From positions 2,880,001 through 2,944,000 of the forward strand of contig OZ245742.1 of the NCBI GenBank assembly GCA_965227295.1: a DNA stretch of 64,000 nt, written 5' to 3'. The notes under the pieces were generated by a model. The model was not told the DNA's origin. It was given only the letters and a program-made list of their open reading frames with translations, and made no database searches. Made by a program: the position numbers and the translations under genes. This stretch comes from Leptonemataceae bacterium. GTDB lineage: Bacteria > Spirochaetota > Leptospiria > Leptospirales > Leptonemataceae. Of the stretch, positions 18,186-27,258 are shown piece by piece. How positions within the stretch are numbered: the first letter of the stretch is position 1; each line of letters begins with the position of its first letter.

Positions 18186-18977
18186 ATGAGCACGGAGCGT
18201 ACTTCCCCTCGCGTCGGCGTATTTATCCAGGCGCGCAGCAATTCCAGCCGTCTGCCGGGAAAGATCTATGCCGGCCTGCCGAACGAGCAGAGCGAATCCG
18301 TACTCGAGCACATCTACCGCCGGTTGTCCACGATGAGCCGGGCCGCCATTGTCGTCCTCGTTCCGGACAGTGACGCCTTTCTGCAACAATGGTGTCGGTC
18401 GCGAGGCATGACTGTCTTTGCCGGTCCGGAGGATGATGTGCGCGAGCGTTATCGTCGCGCAGCGACGCACTTCGGCGTGGATGTGATTGTCCGGGCGACC
18501 GGCGACAATCCCTGCGTGGATCCGGAAATCGCCGTGGATACGGTGCGCGAGCTCATGCATCGGAACGTGGACCTGCTTTCCTTCGGCAATCTGCCGCTCG
18601 GTGTCGCCGTTGAAGCGATGACCGTGGACGCGCTCATGTCCGATCGTGCCCATACCGACGGGACCGTACCGCCCATTCATCGGGAACACGTGAGCCTGCA
18701 CATCAAACATCATCCTGAACAATACAGCATTGAACACCCTGAACATCCTGTAATCGAACAGGTGCTCGGAGTCGCGTCGCCGGGTGCCGAGCACCTGCCC
18801 CGTCTCACGGTGGACACGCCGGAAGACCTCACTGTCGTCCGGCAGCTCTATCGTGAACTGGGCGGGCGCTTTCGGCTGCGGCAGATCCTGCATCTCTTTC
18901 GCGCACGCCCGGAAATGTTTGTCGGCAACCGGCGCATCGTTCAGCGCAGCTTCGCGCCGGTACGCTCGGTGTCTTGA
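18186..18977 (+). CDS. SpsF-like cytidylyltransferase
   Basis: FIQARSNSSRLPGK, GPEDDVRERY, VRATGDNP, LPLGVAVE, REHVS, RLTVDTPEDL. Confidence 0.9.
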   Translation: MSTERTSPRVGVFIQARSNSSRLPGKIYAGLPNEQSESVLEHIYRRLSTMSRAAIVVLVPDSDAFLQQWCRSRGMTVFAGPEDDVRERYRRAATHFGVDVIVRATGDNPCVDPEIAVDTVRELMHRNVDLLSFGNLPLGVAVEAMTVDALMSDRAHTDGTVPPIHREHVSLHIKHHPEQYSIEHPEHPVIEQVLGVASPGAEHLPRLTVDTPEDLTVVRQLYRELGGRFRLRQILHLFRARPEMFVGNRRIVQRSFAPVRSVS

Positions 18978-19870
18978 AGATCGCGATCATCACCGGCGCC
19001 GGCAGGATCGGCGGCATCCAGTACGGCAGCGGTCACTTCGAACGCATGTCGGAACTCCGACGGCGACTGGAGCGACGCGGGGATTCCGCGGAGATCGTTC
19101 CACCGGGTGCGGCCCCGATCCCGGCCGATCTCTACGTCGTCGACGCGCGGGACCTGGATCCGGGGCCCTTCCGCGCCACCGGCCGTCCCGTCCTGGCCCT
19201 CGACAATCGCCACGAATCTCGCCCGCATCACGATCCGCATGCCGACGGAGTCATCTTCTACGATACGATCCCGCATCCCGACGCCGATCTCAGGGCAACT
19301 CTGCGCCGTGCTCTGATCGGGGAAGATGTCATCGAATGTCGGAGTTCCTACAAGGGCGGACCGGGCCCCCGGGACGATCCGGGCCGGGGGCGACCGCGGA
19401 TCTTTGCATACAGCGGCGCATTCCCCGATGTAGCGGGTCTGGACGATTTCCTGGCAGCCGCGGCGCGGCGCGGCCAGGTGGTCAAGCGCTGCGGCACGGC
19501 ACCGCCGACGGCCTCGCTACAGGCGGCCGGTGGTCATCACATCGGGCGCGAATCTCGCGCCGAATTCCTGGCCGATCTTATCTCCGCGGACTGCGTCATC
19601 ACTTACTTCGGAATGACGCTTCTCGAAGCCTGGTATCTGGAAACCGTGCCCGTACTCTACGAAACCACGAGCCCGGTGCACGAAGAACTCGGAGACTACC
19701 TTGCCGGCGCCGCGGGGATACAGCGCCTGCGGTGGAGCGACACATCTCCGGTCGAAAACGAACACCGGCTGGAGCGCCTGGCTGCCGACGATTGGCCGTT
19801 GCCTCCCGGTGGACCAGGCGGCAACGGCTATGACCTTTTAATAGAAGAAATCGACCGACTGAGCCTTTGA
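18974..19870 (+). CDS. Divergent SpsG/PseG-like GT-B fold protein
   Basis: N-term IITGAG...GSGHFERM resembles the PseG/SpsG GxGHxxR motif; ADCVITYFGMTLLEA resembles the GT-B C-terminal motif; overlaps the spsF stop. Confidence 0.65.
   Translation: MKIAIITGAGRIGGIQYGSGHFERMSELRRRLERRGDSAEIVPPGAAPIPADLYVVDARDLDPGPFRATGRPVLALDNRHESRPHHDPHADGVIFYDTIPHPDADLRATLRRALIGEDVIECRSSYKGGPGPRDDPGRGRPRIFAYSGAFPDVAGLDDFLAAAARRGQVVKRCGTAPPTASLQAAGGHHIGRESRAEFLADLISADCVITYFGMTLLEAWYLETVPVLYETTSPVHEELGDYLAGAAGIQRLRWSDTSPVENEHRLERLAADDWPLPPGGPGGNGYDLLIEEIDRLSL
19337..19352. repeat. 16-bp palindromic motif, copy 3 (TGTCGGAGTTCCTACA, 1 mismatch)
   Basis: Inside the SpsG-like CDS, encoding CRSSY. Confidence 0.8.
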
Positions 19871-20506
19871 TCAACGATTGGGTTGCGGCGTCAGGCGCAG
19901 ATACGGTTTCACCGCACGGTAGCCTTTCGGAAACTTCTTGTCCGCCTCTTCGTTGGAAACAGCCGGCACGATCACGCAGTCCTCGCCGTCCTTCCAGTTT
20001 GCCGGCGTGGCCACCTGATGGTTCGCCGTCAGTTGCAGCGAATCGATGACACGCAGCAGCTCGTCGAAGTTCCTGCCGGTGGACGCCGGATAGGTGAGCG
20101 TGAGTTTGACCTTCTTGTCCGGCCCGATCACGAAGACCGAACGCACTGTCAGGCTGTCCGAGGCGTTCGGGTGAATCATGTCGTACAGCTCCGAAACCTT
20201 GCGATTCTCGTCGGCGATCATCGGAAAGTTCACCGTCGTGCTCTGGGTTTCGTTGATATCGTTGATCCAGCCCTTGTGATCGTCCAGGCCGTCCACCGAC
20301 AGGCCGATCACCTTCACGTTGCGTTTGTCAAACTCGCTCTTCATTTTTGCCACGTAGCCAAGTTCCGTGGTGCACACCGGCGTGTAATCCGCCGGATGCG
20401 AAAACAAAACGCCCCATTGGTCGCCGAGCCACTCGTGAAATTTGAGCTTGCCCTCGGTTGTGTCGGCCTCGAAGTCCGGGGCCGTATCGCCTAATCTGAG
20501 TCCCAT
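19871..20506 (-). CDS. 1-Cys peroxiredoxin (Prx6 family)
   Basis: FSHPADYTPVCTTELG, YPASTGRNFDE, ATPANW; GGAGGAGG RBS before ATG 20506. Confidence 0.96.
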   Translation of the reverse strand: MGLRLGDTAPDFEADTTEGKLKFHEWLGDQWGVLFSHPADYTPVCTTELGYVAKMKSEFDKRNVKVIGLSVDGLDDHKGWINDINETQSTTVNFPMIADENRKVSELYDMIHPNASDSLTVRSVFVIGPDKKVKLTLTYPASTGRNFDELLRVIDSLQLTANHQVATPANWKDGEDCVIVPAVSNEEADKKFPKGYRAVKPYLRLTPQPNR

Positions 20507-20539
20507 AATAATTCCTCCTCCGCCGTTTGTCGGCGGCAA

Positions 20540-20560
20540 TTCCTACTGTTTTAGTAGGAA
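20540..20560. promoter_or_regulatory. Inverted repeat TTCCTACT-N5-AGTAGGAA in the divergent prx/hydrolase intergenic region
   Basis: Perfect 8-bp arms about 34 bp upstream of the prx start. Confidence 0.4.
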
Positions 20561-20682
20561 AAAAGGATTTCGCTCCGTCCGCGGCAAGTGAAAATTTTTC
20601 CGGGGAATTTTTGTCGCGGCTTGTCCAGGATAGCGAATCCTCGGCCAGAATAGATATTCACTCCTGAAGTGAGGAAGAGCTC

Positions 20683-21684
20683 ATGTTGAAACGCATCGTC
20701 GGCATTTTTCTGGCCGTTCTGGTTCTGCTCGTGCTGTTGGCCGGGTTCGGCGTCGCCTGGTATTTCACATCCCAGGCCCTGTATCCTGCATGGCAGGGCA
20801 AAGATCTGGATACCTGCCCGGAGCATCGCATTGCCGGATGGGGAGAGGCCTGCGGCAATCTGAGAAATCAGGGCCGGTTGAAGTTCCAGGAAGTCACCTT
20901 TCCGACGTCCCGTGGCTACAGCGTACCCGCCTGGAAATTGTCGTCCGTGGAGAACCGCCGCGTACTTCCGGCCAGTCCCGGTGCCGGGGCGTATCGCTGT
21001 GCTCGCGCCGGTCGTTGCGCCGCCTTTTTTGTCCACGGCGGAGGAGCCGATCGCCGCGAAGGCTACCGATTTGCCCCGTACTTCCTCGGCCGCGGATTCG
21101 ATTTCTACATGCCCGACCTGGTTTGCCACGGGGAGGCCGCCTGCATGCGCCGGGGGCTGAGCTTCGGCGTCCGCGAGCACCTGGACGTGCTTTCGGTCTA
21201 TGATGCCCTGAGCGCCGGTGATCGTTACGACACCATCGTTGTCATGGGCACGTCGGTCGGCGGCATTTCGGTCCTGATGGCTCTGCCGGAGATGGACGAG
21301 GTCTCCGCAGTCGTGGTTGAGAACCCCATGTACAGTGTGCGGCGTTTTGTGCGCGAAACCTCCCGGGCCCCGGCCTTCTTTCCGCTCTGGTATCGGGATT
21401 TCCTGTACTTCATGCTGTCCTTGCGCGGTGGATTCGACGCGAGCGAAGGCGCCGCGGCCGGATTGCAGCGGGCCGGCGAGTCGGGAGAGGACGTCCCGGT
21501 CTTTCTCATGCACGGAACCGCGGACGATCTGATCCCCATCGACCACACCCGGGAGATGTACGAGGAGTACAGCGGTCCCAAAGAGCTACGTATCGTCGAA
21601 GGCGCTGAACACGCGCGCCTCTGGAACGCCGACCCGGGCGAGTATGAGCGTCGTCTGGACCTTTTCTTTCGAAAGCACCTCTGA
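20683..21684 (+). CDS. Membrane-anchored alpha/beta hydrolase
   Basis: N-terminal TM; FVHGG, nucleophile GTSVGG, MHGTADDLIP, GAEH. Confidence 0.88.
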   Translation: MLKRIVGIFLAVLVLLVLLAGFGVAWYFTSQALYPAWQGKDLDTCPEHRIAGWGEACGNLRNQGRLKFQEVTFPTSRGYSVPAWKLSSVENRRVLPASPGAGAYRCARAGRCAAFFVHGGGADRREGYRFAPYFLGRGFDFYMPDLVCHGEAACMRRGLSFGVREHLDVLSVYDALSAGDRYDTIVVMGTSVGGISVLMALPEMDEVSAVVVENPMYSVRRFVRETSRAPAFFPLWYRDFLYFMLSLRGGFDASEGAAAGLQRAGESGEDVPVFLMHGTADDLIPIDHTREMYEEYSGPKELRIVEGAEHARLWNADPGEYERRLDLFFRKHL

Positions 21685-21980
21685 GCCGCGGTTGCCGGCC
21701 GGGCCGGCCCACTTTTTTAGTGGACCGGCCTGTTCTAAGGTGACATAATCCGGTTCATTTTTCGCGGGTTCTGACCGATGCATCCTGAGAGGAGGCGAGA
21801 CCGGATACAATAGTTCCTTGACGCTGGTGCGCCGCGTAAAAAACTGACGAAAGGCTTTGTGCGGCGCACAAAGGTCGCCTGGAAAACCGGGCTGAGCGTC
21901 GCTATACTGAGAAACATAGATACAGATACGAACGAAAACCTCATGCGAAGCCTCGGAGTTCGGAAAAGGGGGGAAACAAG

Positions 21981-22661
21981 ATGACCTACAACATTGAATC
22001 GAAAGTCAAACAAGACATGGACTGGAACAAACTGCGTAGCCTGCTCCTGAAAAAACGAGTCCTGATCCCGGCCCTGGCCGTGCTCCTCGTTTTTGCAGTA
22101 CGGATCGACCTGTCCGGCACCCCGGACCCGGCCGTTCAGCGGGAGCGCATTAGCGCCTACATTGACCACTTCGAACCGCGGGGTATGACCCCGGCGGAAC
22201 ACGATCGCCTGGTGGATGCCATCATGGAGGCCGGCGCAGAAATGGAAATCCCTTCCACGATGCGGATCGATGGACGCCGGATTGTCGGCTCGTATCTGAT
22301 CGCGGCCTACATTCGAGTGGAGTCCTCGTTCCAGCGGCGCGCCCGGTCCATTTCCGACGCTCGGGGTTACATGCAACTGAAGCCGGTCACAGCCCGGTGG
22401 ATCAACTCGGTCGGGCAGCGTCGTTATACCGCCGCTCAGGTGAATCTCTGGGACACGGAGGTAAACGTGGACCTGGGTGCCGAGTATATCAGCTACCTCA
22501 TGACCGAGATGGTGGATGCGCGTAAGGTGGCGCTGGCTTACAATGCCGGCCCGAACAGCGTCCGCCGGGGCATCTACATCGAGGATTACTGGGAAAAGAT
22601 CCTCCACACCTATCGCCAGCTTCGCACCGGTGAGTTTACGGAAGAGGGCGTTCGGCTCTAA
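21981..22661 (+). CDS. Lytic transglycosylase (SLT domain)
   Basis: IRVESSF...ARS..ARGYMQLKP, NVDLGAEY, ALAYNAGP. Confidence 0.9.
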   Translation: MTYNIESKVKQDMDWNKLRSLLLKKRVLIPALAVLLVFAVRIDLSGTPDPAVQRERISAYIDHFEPRGMTPAEHDRLVDAIMEAGAEMEIPSTMRIDGRRIVGSYLIAAYIRVESSFQRRARSISDARGYMQLKPVTARWINSVGQRRYTAAQVNLWDTEVNVDLGAEYISYLMTEMVDARKVALAYNAGPNSVRRGIYIEDYWEKILHTYRQLRTGEFTEEGVRL

Positions 22662-23230
22662 TCCTCTCGCTCGAACCTGGCCTGCTCCAGATATACGTAG
22701 CCGCCGCGCTTGGGAGACTCCCAGCCGCGGCGGCGCAGTTCCCGCCCCAGCAACCACAGAAAAAAACCATGCGAGTACAGCGCCACCTGGCGCTGCGGAA
22801 CGTCGGTGACCTTGCGCTCCAGATAGTCTGCCGCCGCGCGGACGCGGTGTAGCGACTCCCGCCTGCTTTCGGCCGCGGGCTGCCAGCCGGTAAACCAGCC
22901 CCAGCGCACGATCAGCAATAACAGCCAGGTCGGCAGGTGCAGACCTTCATTGCGAAAGCGGCCCAGAGGGATCTCCCGGAACATGGCATTGATTTCGATG
23001 TCTGTGACGCTCAGGCCGGTATAGAGGACGGCCGTGTCCAGGGCGCGAGGAAGATCGGAAGAGATGGGATGCGCGGTTTCCGGAGGGATCGGTCCGGGGA
23101 GACGCTCGCGGTTCCACGTCGGTTCCAGGCCGGCGTCGTCGTAGGCGTCGAGCAGGCGATTCATCTCACCGGCGCGGAGCCAACGACGCGGTTCACCGCT
23201 GTAGCGCAGAGTCGGTCGACCGTGACGCAC
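22658..23230 (-). CDS. Histidine phosphatase (PGM-like) family protein; true start probably slightly upstream
   Basis: In-frame IILVRHG, SSDLPRALDTA, FREIP, ALYSHGFF. Confidence 0.75.
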   Translation of the reverse strand: MRHGRPTLRYSGEPRRWLRAGEMNRLLDAYDDAGLEPTWNRERLPGPIPPETAHPISSDLPRALDTAVLYTGLSVTDIEINAMFREIPLGRFRNEGLHLPTWLLLLIVRWGWFTGWQPAAESRRESLHRVRAAADYLERKVTDVPQRQVALYSHGFFLWLLGRELRRRGWESPKRGGYVYLEQARFERED

Positions 23231-23283
23231 CAGGATGATGCCGGCGCGGGTGTTTGACGGAGATGATGCGTATGCCGGAGGGC

Positions 23284-23502
23284 TCAGTCGCCGCGCTCCA
23301 GTTTTCCGAGCAGGCGCTCCAGGTCTCCCAGGTTCGCATCGTCCGGAGCCTGAGGGGCCGGCATGTCGCTCAGATCGTACTGTTCCAGTTTCTTGTTGAG
23401 CAGTTCGAGGTGCTGCTGTAGTCGCCGTCGGGTGTTGAACCAGATGTTCACCCGGTGTTTCTCGATGAGATCGAGTTCTGAGTACTTCTTACGGGCGGGC
23501 AT
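23284..23502 (-). CDS. Hypothetical small protein (72 aa)
   Basis: ATG 23502 immediately after the upstream stop; coiled-coil-like MPARKKYSELDLIEKHRVNIWFN... Confidence 0.6.
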   Translation of the reverse strand: MPARKKYSELDLIEKHRVNIWFNTRRRLQQHLELLNKKLEQYDLSDMPAPQAPDDANLGDLERLLGKLERGD

Positions 23503-23503
23503 G

Positions 23504-24139
23504 TCAGTTCTCTTCGAATTCGATGCGCTTGACGACGTCCTTGTGGCAGACGACGCGATGGCCGTTGGAAGGCCCCTCGATACCGGTGTACCACTTGCCG
23601 TCTTTATCCTGGAAGTCCATCCAGTAGCTGAATAATTGCACGGTTCCGTTGGGATTTTCAACGACGAATTGCGAGAGAAACGGAAAAAGCTCTCCGTCCC
23701 GGATGAGGCTGCGTCCGCCGTGCAACTCCACCACGCTGCGATCCGCATCGAAGCGATAGATCCAGCCGCTTTCCCGCTGCTTGACCATGGATCCCTTCCA
23801 GCGCTTGAGTTCGATGGAGCGAATTTCCCGGGGGCGCACGTCCTTGCGGTAGCGCACGCCGTCCACCTGGTGGAAGATTGAAATCACTTCCGGTACGCGT
23901 ACGGTGATATCGCCACCCACACGCCGTCCGTCACAGAGTTCCACTTTTACGGAGAAGCGGCGTTCTTCCAACTGCGGCCCTTTTTGTTCGCCGCTCTCCC
24001 CTTCCCGGGCGGTCGGCCCGGCGGTCTTCTCGACAGGCTCCGAACTAGTCGTCGACCCCTGGGAGTGCAGGTTACCCCGGGCGGGCAGCAGTACCAGCAG
24101 GGCAGCGATTAGAACGGGGCTGTACGCTGCTAATTTCAT
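23504..24139 (-). CDS. Hypothetical exported protein
   Basis: Signal peptide MKLAAYSPVLIAALLVLLPA; beta-rich mature part; operonic spacing. Confidence 0.7.
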   Translation of the reverse strand: MKLAAYSPVLIAALLVLLPARGNLHSQGSTTSSEPVEKTAGPTAREGESGEQKGPQLEERRFSVKVELCDGRRVGGDITVRVPEVISIFHQVDGVRYRKDVRPREIRSIELKRWKGSMVKQRESGWIYRFDADRSVVELHGGRSLIRDGELFPFLSQFVVENPNGTVQLFSYWMDFQDKDGKWYTGIEGPSNGHRVVCHKDVVKRIEFEEN

Positions 24140-24170
24140 CTTGCTAATCTTCAGTCAATCGAACTCAGTC

Positions 24171-25349
24171 CTAGATCAGGCCGCGGAGCGACATGGCGAT
24201 GCGTTCGACGTTATTTGCCGTGAGCGCGGGATAGATCGGAATCGCCACGGCTTTCTGGTAGATGCGTTCGGCGTTCGGGAATTCCAGGCGGGCCCGGCCC
24301 AGAAGATGGTGCAGGGGCGGGTCCACCGCGCGGCCGACACCGATCTGGAGCGAAGCGAAGTAGCGCAGGACCTCTTCGTTGCTCTTGTTGATGATAACCG
24401 GAAAGCGCAGATACGCGTCCGTGCCCGTGTTCTTAAAGTAGGTCTCGTGTTTCGTGGTCCGCAGGGTCTCTAAGTACTTCTGCGCGATCTTTTTGCGGCG
24501 GGCGAGGGTCACTCCCAGGCGCGAGAGTTGATCGAGGCCCATGGCGGCCTGAAAATCTTCCAGGCCGTAGTCGAAGGCGATGGAGCCGGCGGTACGTTTG
24601 CCGCCGTAGCGGTAGTTATGCAGGGTCTTGTAGACCTTCGGGTCCTGGGTGACGATCACGGCACCGTTGCCCGTCGTCAAAAGATCGTACTCGGAGAGAC
24701 CGCAGACGCCGACGTGGCCGCCCTTGCCGAAGTACTCGCCTTCTTGATCGGAACCCACCAGACCGGTGAAGTCTTCGATGATCTTAACGCCGCGTTCCTG
24801 AAGTGTCTCCGGAACGATCGGCGAAACGCTGCCGAAGGTATGATCGTACACATAAAAGATTTTGCGGCCTTCCTCGGTGACGGGTGCTGCTTCTTCCGCG
24901 TCGGGCTCTCCGGAAGAAGCCGGTTCTACCGGCACGGCCGGGCTGTCCTCGATCAGGGCGTCGATCTTTTCCAGGAGAGTCTCCGGGTCCGGATGGAACG
25001 AACCGCGGCCGACGTCGATGACCACCGGCTCCGCGCCGACGTAACGCACGGCATCGATGGCCTGCACGGGGGAGAGCGCGCTCATGACCACGACATCGCC
25101 GGGCTGCATGCCGAGAGTGAGGTACGAAAGATGATAGGCCGCTGCCAGCGAGTTGACTGCCAGCACGTGTTTGTAAGCAAACGCATGCGCGAAGCTGCGC
25201 TCGAAGCGGCGCGTGATATCGCCCTGGCCGAGGCGATCCTGGATCAAGCAGTCCAGGACCGATTCCAGTTCCTGTTTGGACAGGGTCGGGCGGTGAGCCT
25301 CGATGGGTTTCGGTTTCTTTTCGTTTAGATACAGACTAACCGATGACAC
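24171..25349 (-). CDS. DegT/DnrJ/EryC1/StrS aminotransferase-like protein lacking the PLP lysine
   Basis: AVNS..AYHL, PGDVV, GAEPVVIDV, IIED, LTTGNGA, QAAMGLDQL, RRKKIAQKY, FPNAE, IPIYPAL; the expected FSFxxxK reads CGLSEYD. Confidence 0.85.
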   Translation of the reverse strand: MSSVSLYLNEKKPKPIEAHRPTLSKQELESVLDCLIQDRLGQGDITRRFERSFAHAFAYKHVLAVNSLAAAYHLSYLTLGMQPGDVVVMSALSPVQAIDAVRYVGAEPVVIDVGRGSFHPDPETLLEKIDALIEDSPAVPVEPASSGEPDAEEAAPVTEEGRKIFYVYDHTFGSVSPIVPETLQERGVKIIEDFTGLVGSDQEGEYFGKGGHVGVCGLSEYDLLTTGNGAVIVTQDPKVYKTLHNYRYGGKRTAGSIAFDYGLEDFQAAMGLDQLSRLGVTLARRKKIAQKYLETLRTTKHETYFKNTGTDAYLRFPVIINKSNEEVLRYFASLQIGVGRAVDPPLHHLLGRARLEFPNAERIYQKAVAIPIYPALTANNVERIAMSLRGLI

Positions 25350-25426
25350 AGATCACCTCAAGAGTACAGATTGGCGCATGTTCATAACGCGGGGACAAGT
25401 CTACGGGGCCGGGACTCGATGAAAAC

Positions 25427-25497
25427 TATTTAATGTGCCATCGAGCCGGATTATGTCGCATTAAATACCGCGAGAATTGGACACACTTATGTCACAT
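25427..25497. promoter_or_regulatory. AT-rich inverted and direct repeats upstream of the DegT-like operon
   Basis: TATTTAATGTGCCAT-N11-ATGTCGCATTAAATA plus TTATGTCACAT 36 bp after TTATGTCGCAT. Confidence 0.4.
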
Positions 25498-25583
25498 GGC
25501 ATCCGCGATTTGTACCCCCGTCAATCGAAATTGTGGAAAATTTGTGCACGGTGCTTTGCCCGGCGGCGAGGGGAGTTCGTGCA

Positions 25584-26957
25584 CTAGCGAAAATCGCGGC
25601 TGACCGTGGCCTGGTACACCAGCGCCGGTCCGGCCGCAGCACGGAGCCGGACGTTCCAGCCGCGATCGGCGAGATCGCCGGGCAGATAGAGGACGGTGCC
25701 GCGAGCGATCCGTCCCCCGTGTTCCCGACTCCCGTCCGTGGCGCGGACGATTTCCAGGTCGTAGCCGCCCGGGCTCAGGCCGAGCAGGATGGACGGGCGA
25801 TCGCTGTGGTCGAGCTCCAGCGGCGGGGCAATGCCGTCAATGCTCGCGCTCCGCAGGGCGAACCGGTGGACTTCGAATTCACGGACCGGAACTTTGTAGG
25901 AACTCTTACACGAGGTGTCTCTGGCGGCCGGGGAGGCCTTCGGCTCATGGACCTCGGGCGGGCCGTAGCGATAGTGCAGCATGTCCACGAGTGTGTCGAC
26001 ATCCATGAACTTCGGGGTGAGGCCGGCGCGGACCACGTTGTCCGAGGCTGCCATGCATTCGAGGATGCGCCCGCCCAGGTACGCGTGGGGTTCGTTGGGA
26101 CCCAGGAAGAGGGCCTGGTCCGGTTTTAGTTCCAGGTAGTTCAGGAAGTAGGCCGAAAACAGGCCGCGGTCGCTTTCGCCGTAGATTTCGGCGAGCTGCA
26201 GAAAGAGCGCGTCGGCCGGATCCAGGTTGGTGGCCGGATCTCCGTCTTCGCCCCAGGCGGTGAGTCGAAGCTTCTGGGCGCGCACGGCCTCGGTGATTTC
26301 CCCCGGACTGGAACGCATGAGACGGCCGTAGGCGTCCTTGATCCAGGCGCGCTGCTGTACCTCATTCCCCGCCGGTTCCGGAAGTGGGGAGGAATCTTCG
26401 CCTTCGCTACAGGGCTCGTACAGAAAGCCCGCGTCCGAACACAGGGCGGCCAGTTCGGGGATACGCTGGAGATAGCCGGCGATTTCCTGAGGGCTGCGAA
26501 AGCCGATCAGAGCGGTCATGCCGGCCAGACAGACGGCCAGTTCCGGCTTGTGATTGGCGTCGGGATAGTGCTCTGGATCCCGGGCGTGGAGCTGCGGCGC
26601 GAGTTCCAGGTCCGGATGAGCCTGGATGGATAGCGGTTCCGCGGCGTCCAGAATCTTGAATAAGAACGGAAGCTGCCGATGACCGGCCTGCGCCAGGTCC
26701 GGCCCCAGGAAGTGCCGCGGGTCTTCGGCGATGGCCTTGTCCAGGCTCCGTCCGTCAAAGGTTGCGCCCGGCGCACGCAGGACGGACGGCGCCTTCGGAT
26801 GCGCACCCATCCAGAGCTCGGCGGCGGGCCGGTCGTCGGCGGGAGTCGTGCCGCGCAATTCGTGGATGAATGCGGCCTTCCCGCGGGAGCCCCATGCATA
26901 GTCCATGACGCTGCAGTCCAGTTCGTAGAATACGGGATGTTCGCTCGGCTCTGGCAC
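25584..26957 (-). CDS. manA: Mannose-6-phosphate isomerase, class I
   Basis: YAWGS, AELWMGAHP, LPFLFKIL...LSIQAHP, YPDANHKPE, PHAYLGG..ECMAASDNVVRAGLTPK. Confidence 0.96.
   Translation of the reverse strand: MPEPSEHPVFYELDCSVMDYAWGSRGKAAFIHELRGTTPADDRPAAELWMGAHPKAPSVLRAPGATFDGRSLDKAIAEDPRHFLGPDLAQAGHRQLPFLFKILDAAEPLSIQAHPDLELAPQLHARDPEHYPDANHKPELAVCLAGMTALIGFRSPQEIAGYLQRIPELAALCSDAGFLYEPCSEGEDSSPLPEPAGNEVQQRAWIKDAYGRLMRSSPGEITEAVRAQKLRLTAWGEDGDPATNLDPADALFLQLAEIYGESDRGLFSAYFLNYLELKPDQALFLGPNEPHAYLGGRILECMAASDNVVRAGLTPKFMDVDTLVDMLHYRYGPPEVHEPKASPAARDTSCKSSYKVPVREFEVHRFALRSASIDGIAPPLELDHSDRPSILLGLSPGGYDLEIVRATDGSREHGGRIARGTVLYLPGDLADRGWNVRLRAAAGPALVYQATVSRDFR
25895..25910. repeat. 16-bp palindromic motif, copy 4 (TGTAGGAACTCTTACA, 1 mismatch)
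   Basis: Inside manA, encoding CKSSY. Confidence 0.85.
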
Positions 26958-26961
26958 TTGC

Positions 26962-27216
26962 TTAGATTCGTTCCGTGTCGCTCACGTCCGGTCGTGGTTG
27001 CTCAATGGCCGGCGGCTCCGTGGCCGGCGGTGCATCCCGGATGATGCTGCGAAACGTAAACAACCCGGGCGCAAACAGCCGCAGGGCGAACAGAAAGAGT
27101 GCCACGTAAAGGACAAGTCTCAGGATCGACTCCCGGTTCAACGGCAGTCCCGATCCCGGTATCAATGCGCCCAGGTCTTCGCGGACCAGGTCGGCGAGAC
27201 GGCGTAGTACGGGCAT
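26962..27216 (-). CDS. Hypothetical single-TM membrane protein
   Basis: Fills the gap in a co-directional run; TM ILRLVLYVALFLFALRLFA. Confidence 0.55.
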   Translation of the reverse strand: MPVLRRLADLVREDLGALIPGSGLPLNRESILRLVLYVALFLFALRLFAPGLFTFRSIIRDAPPATEPPAIEQPRPDVSDTERI

Positions 27217-27258
27217 GAGGCAGTCTTTCCCACACCATACTTTGCGAAAACAAAAATC

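Noticed and set aside
21702..21730. GC hairpin after the alpha/beta hydrolase as a terminator
   Set aside because: The T-run is in the loop and there is no clear U-tract after the stem; not confidently assignable.
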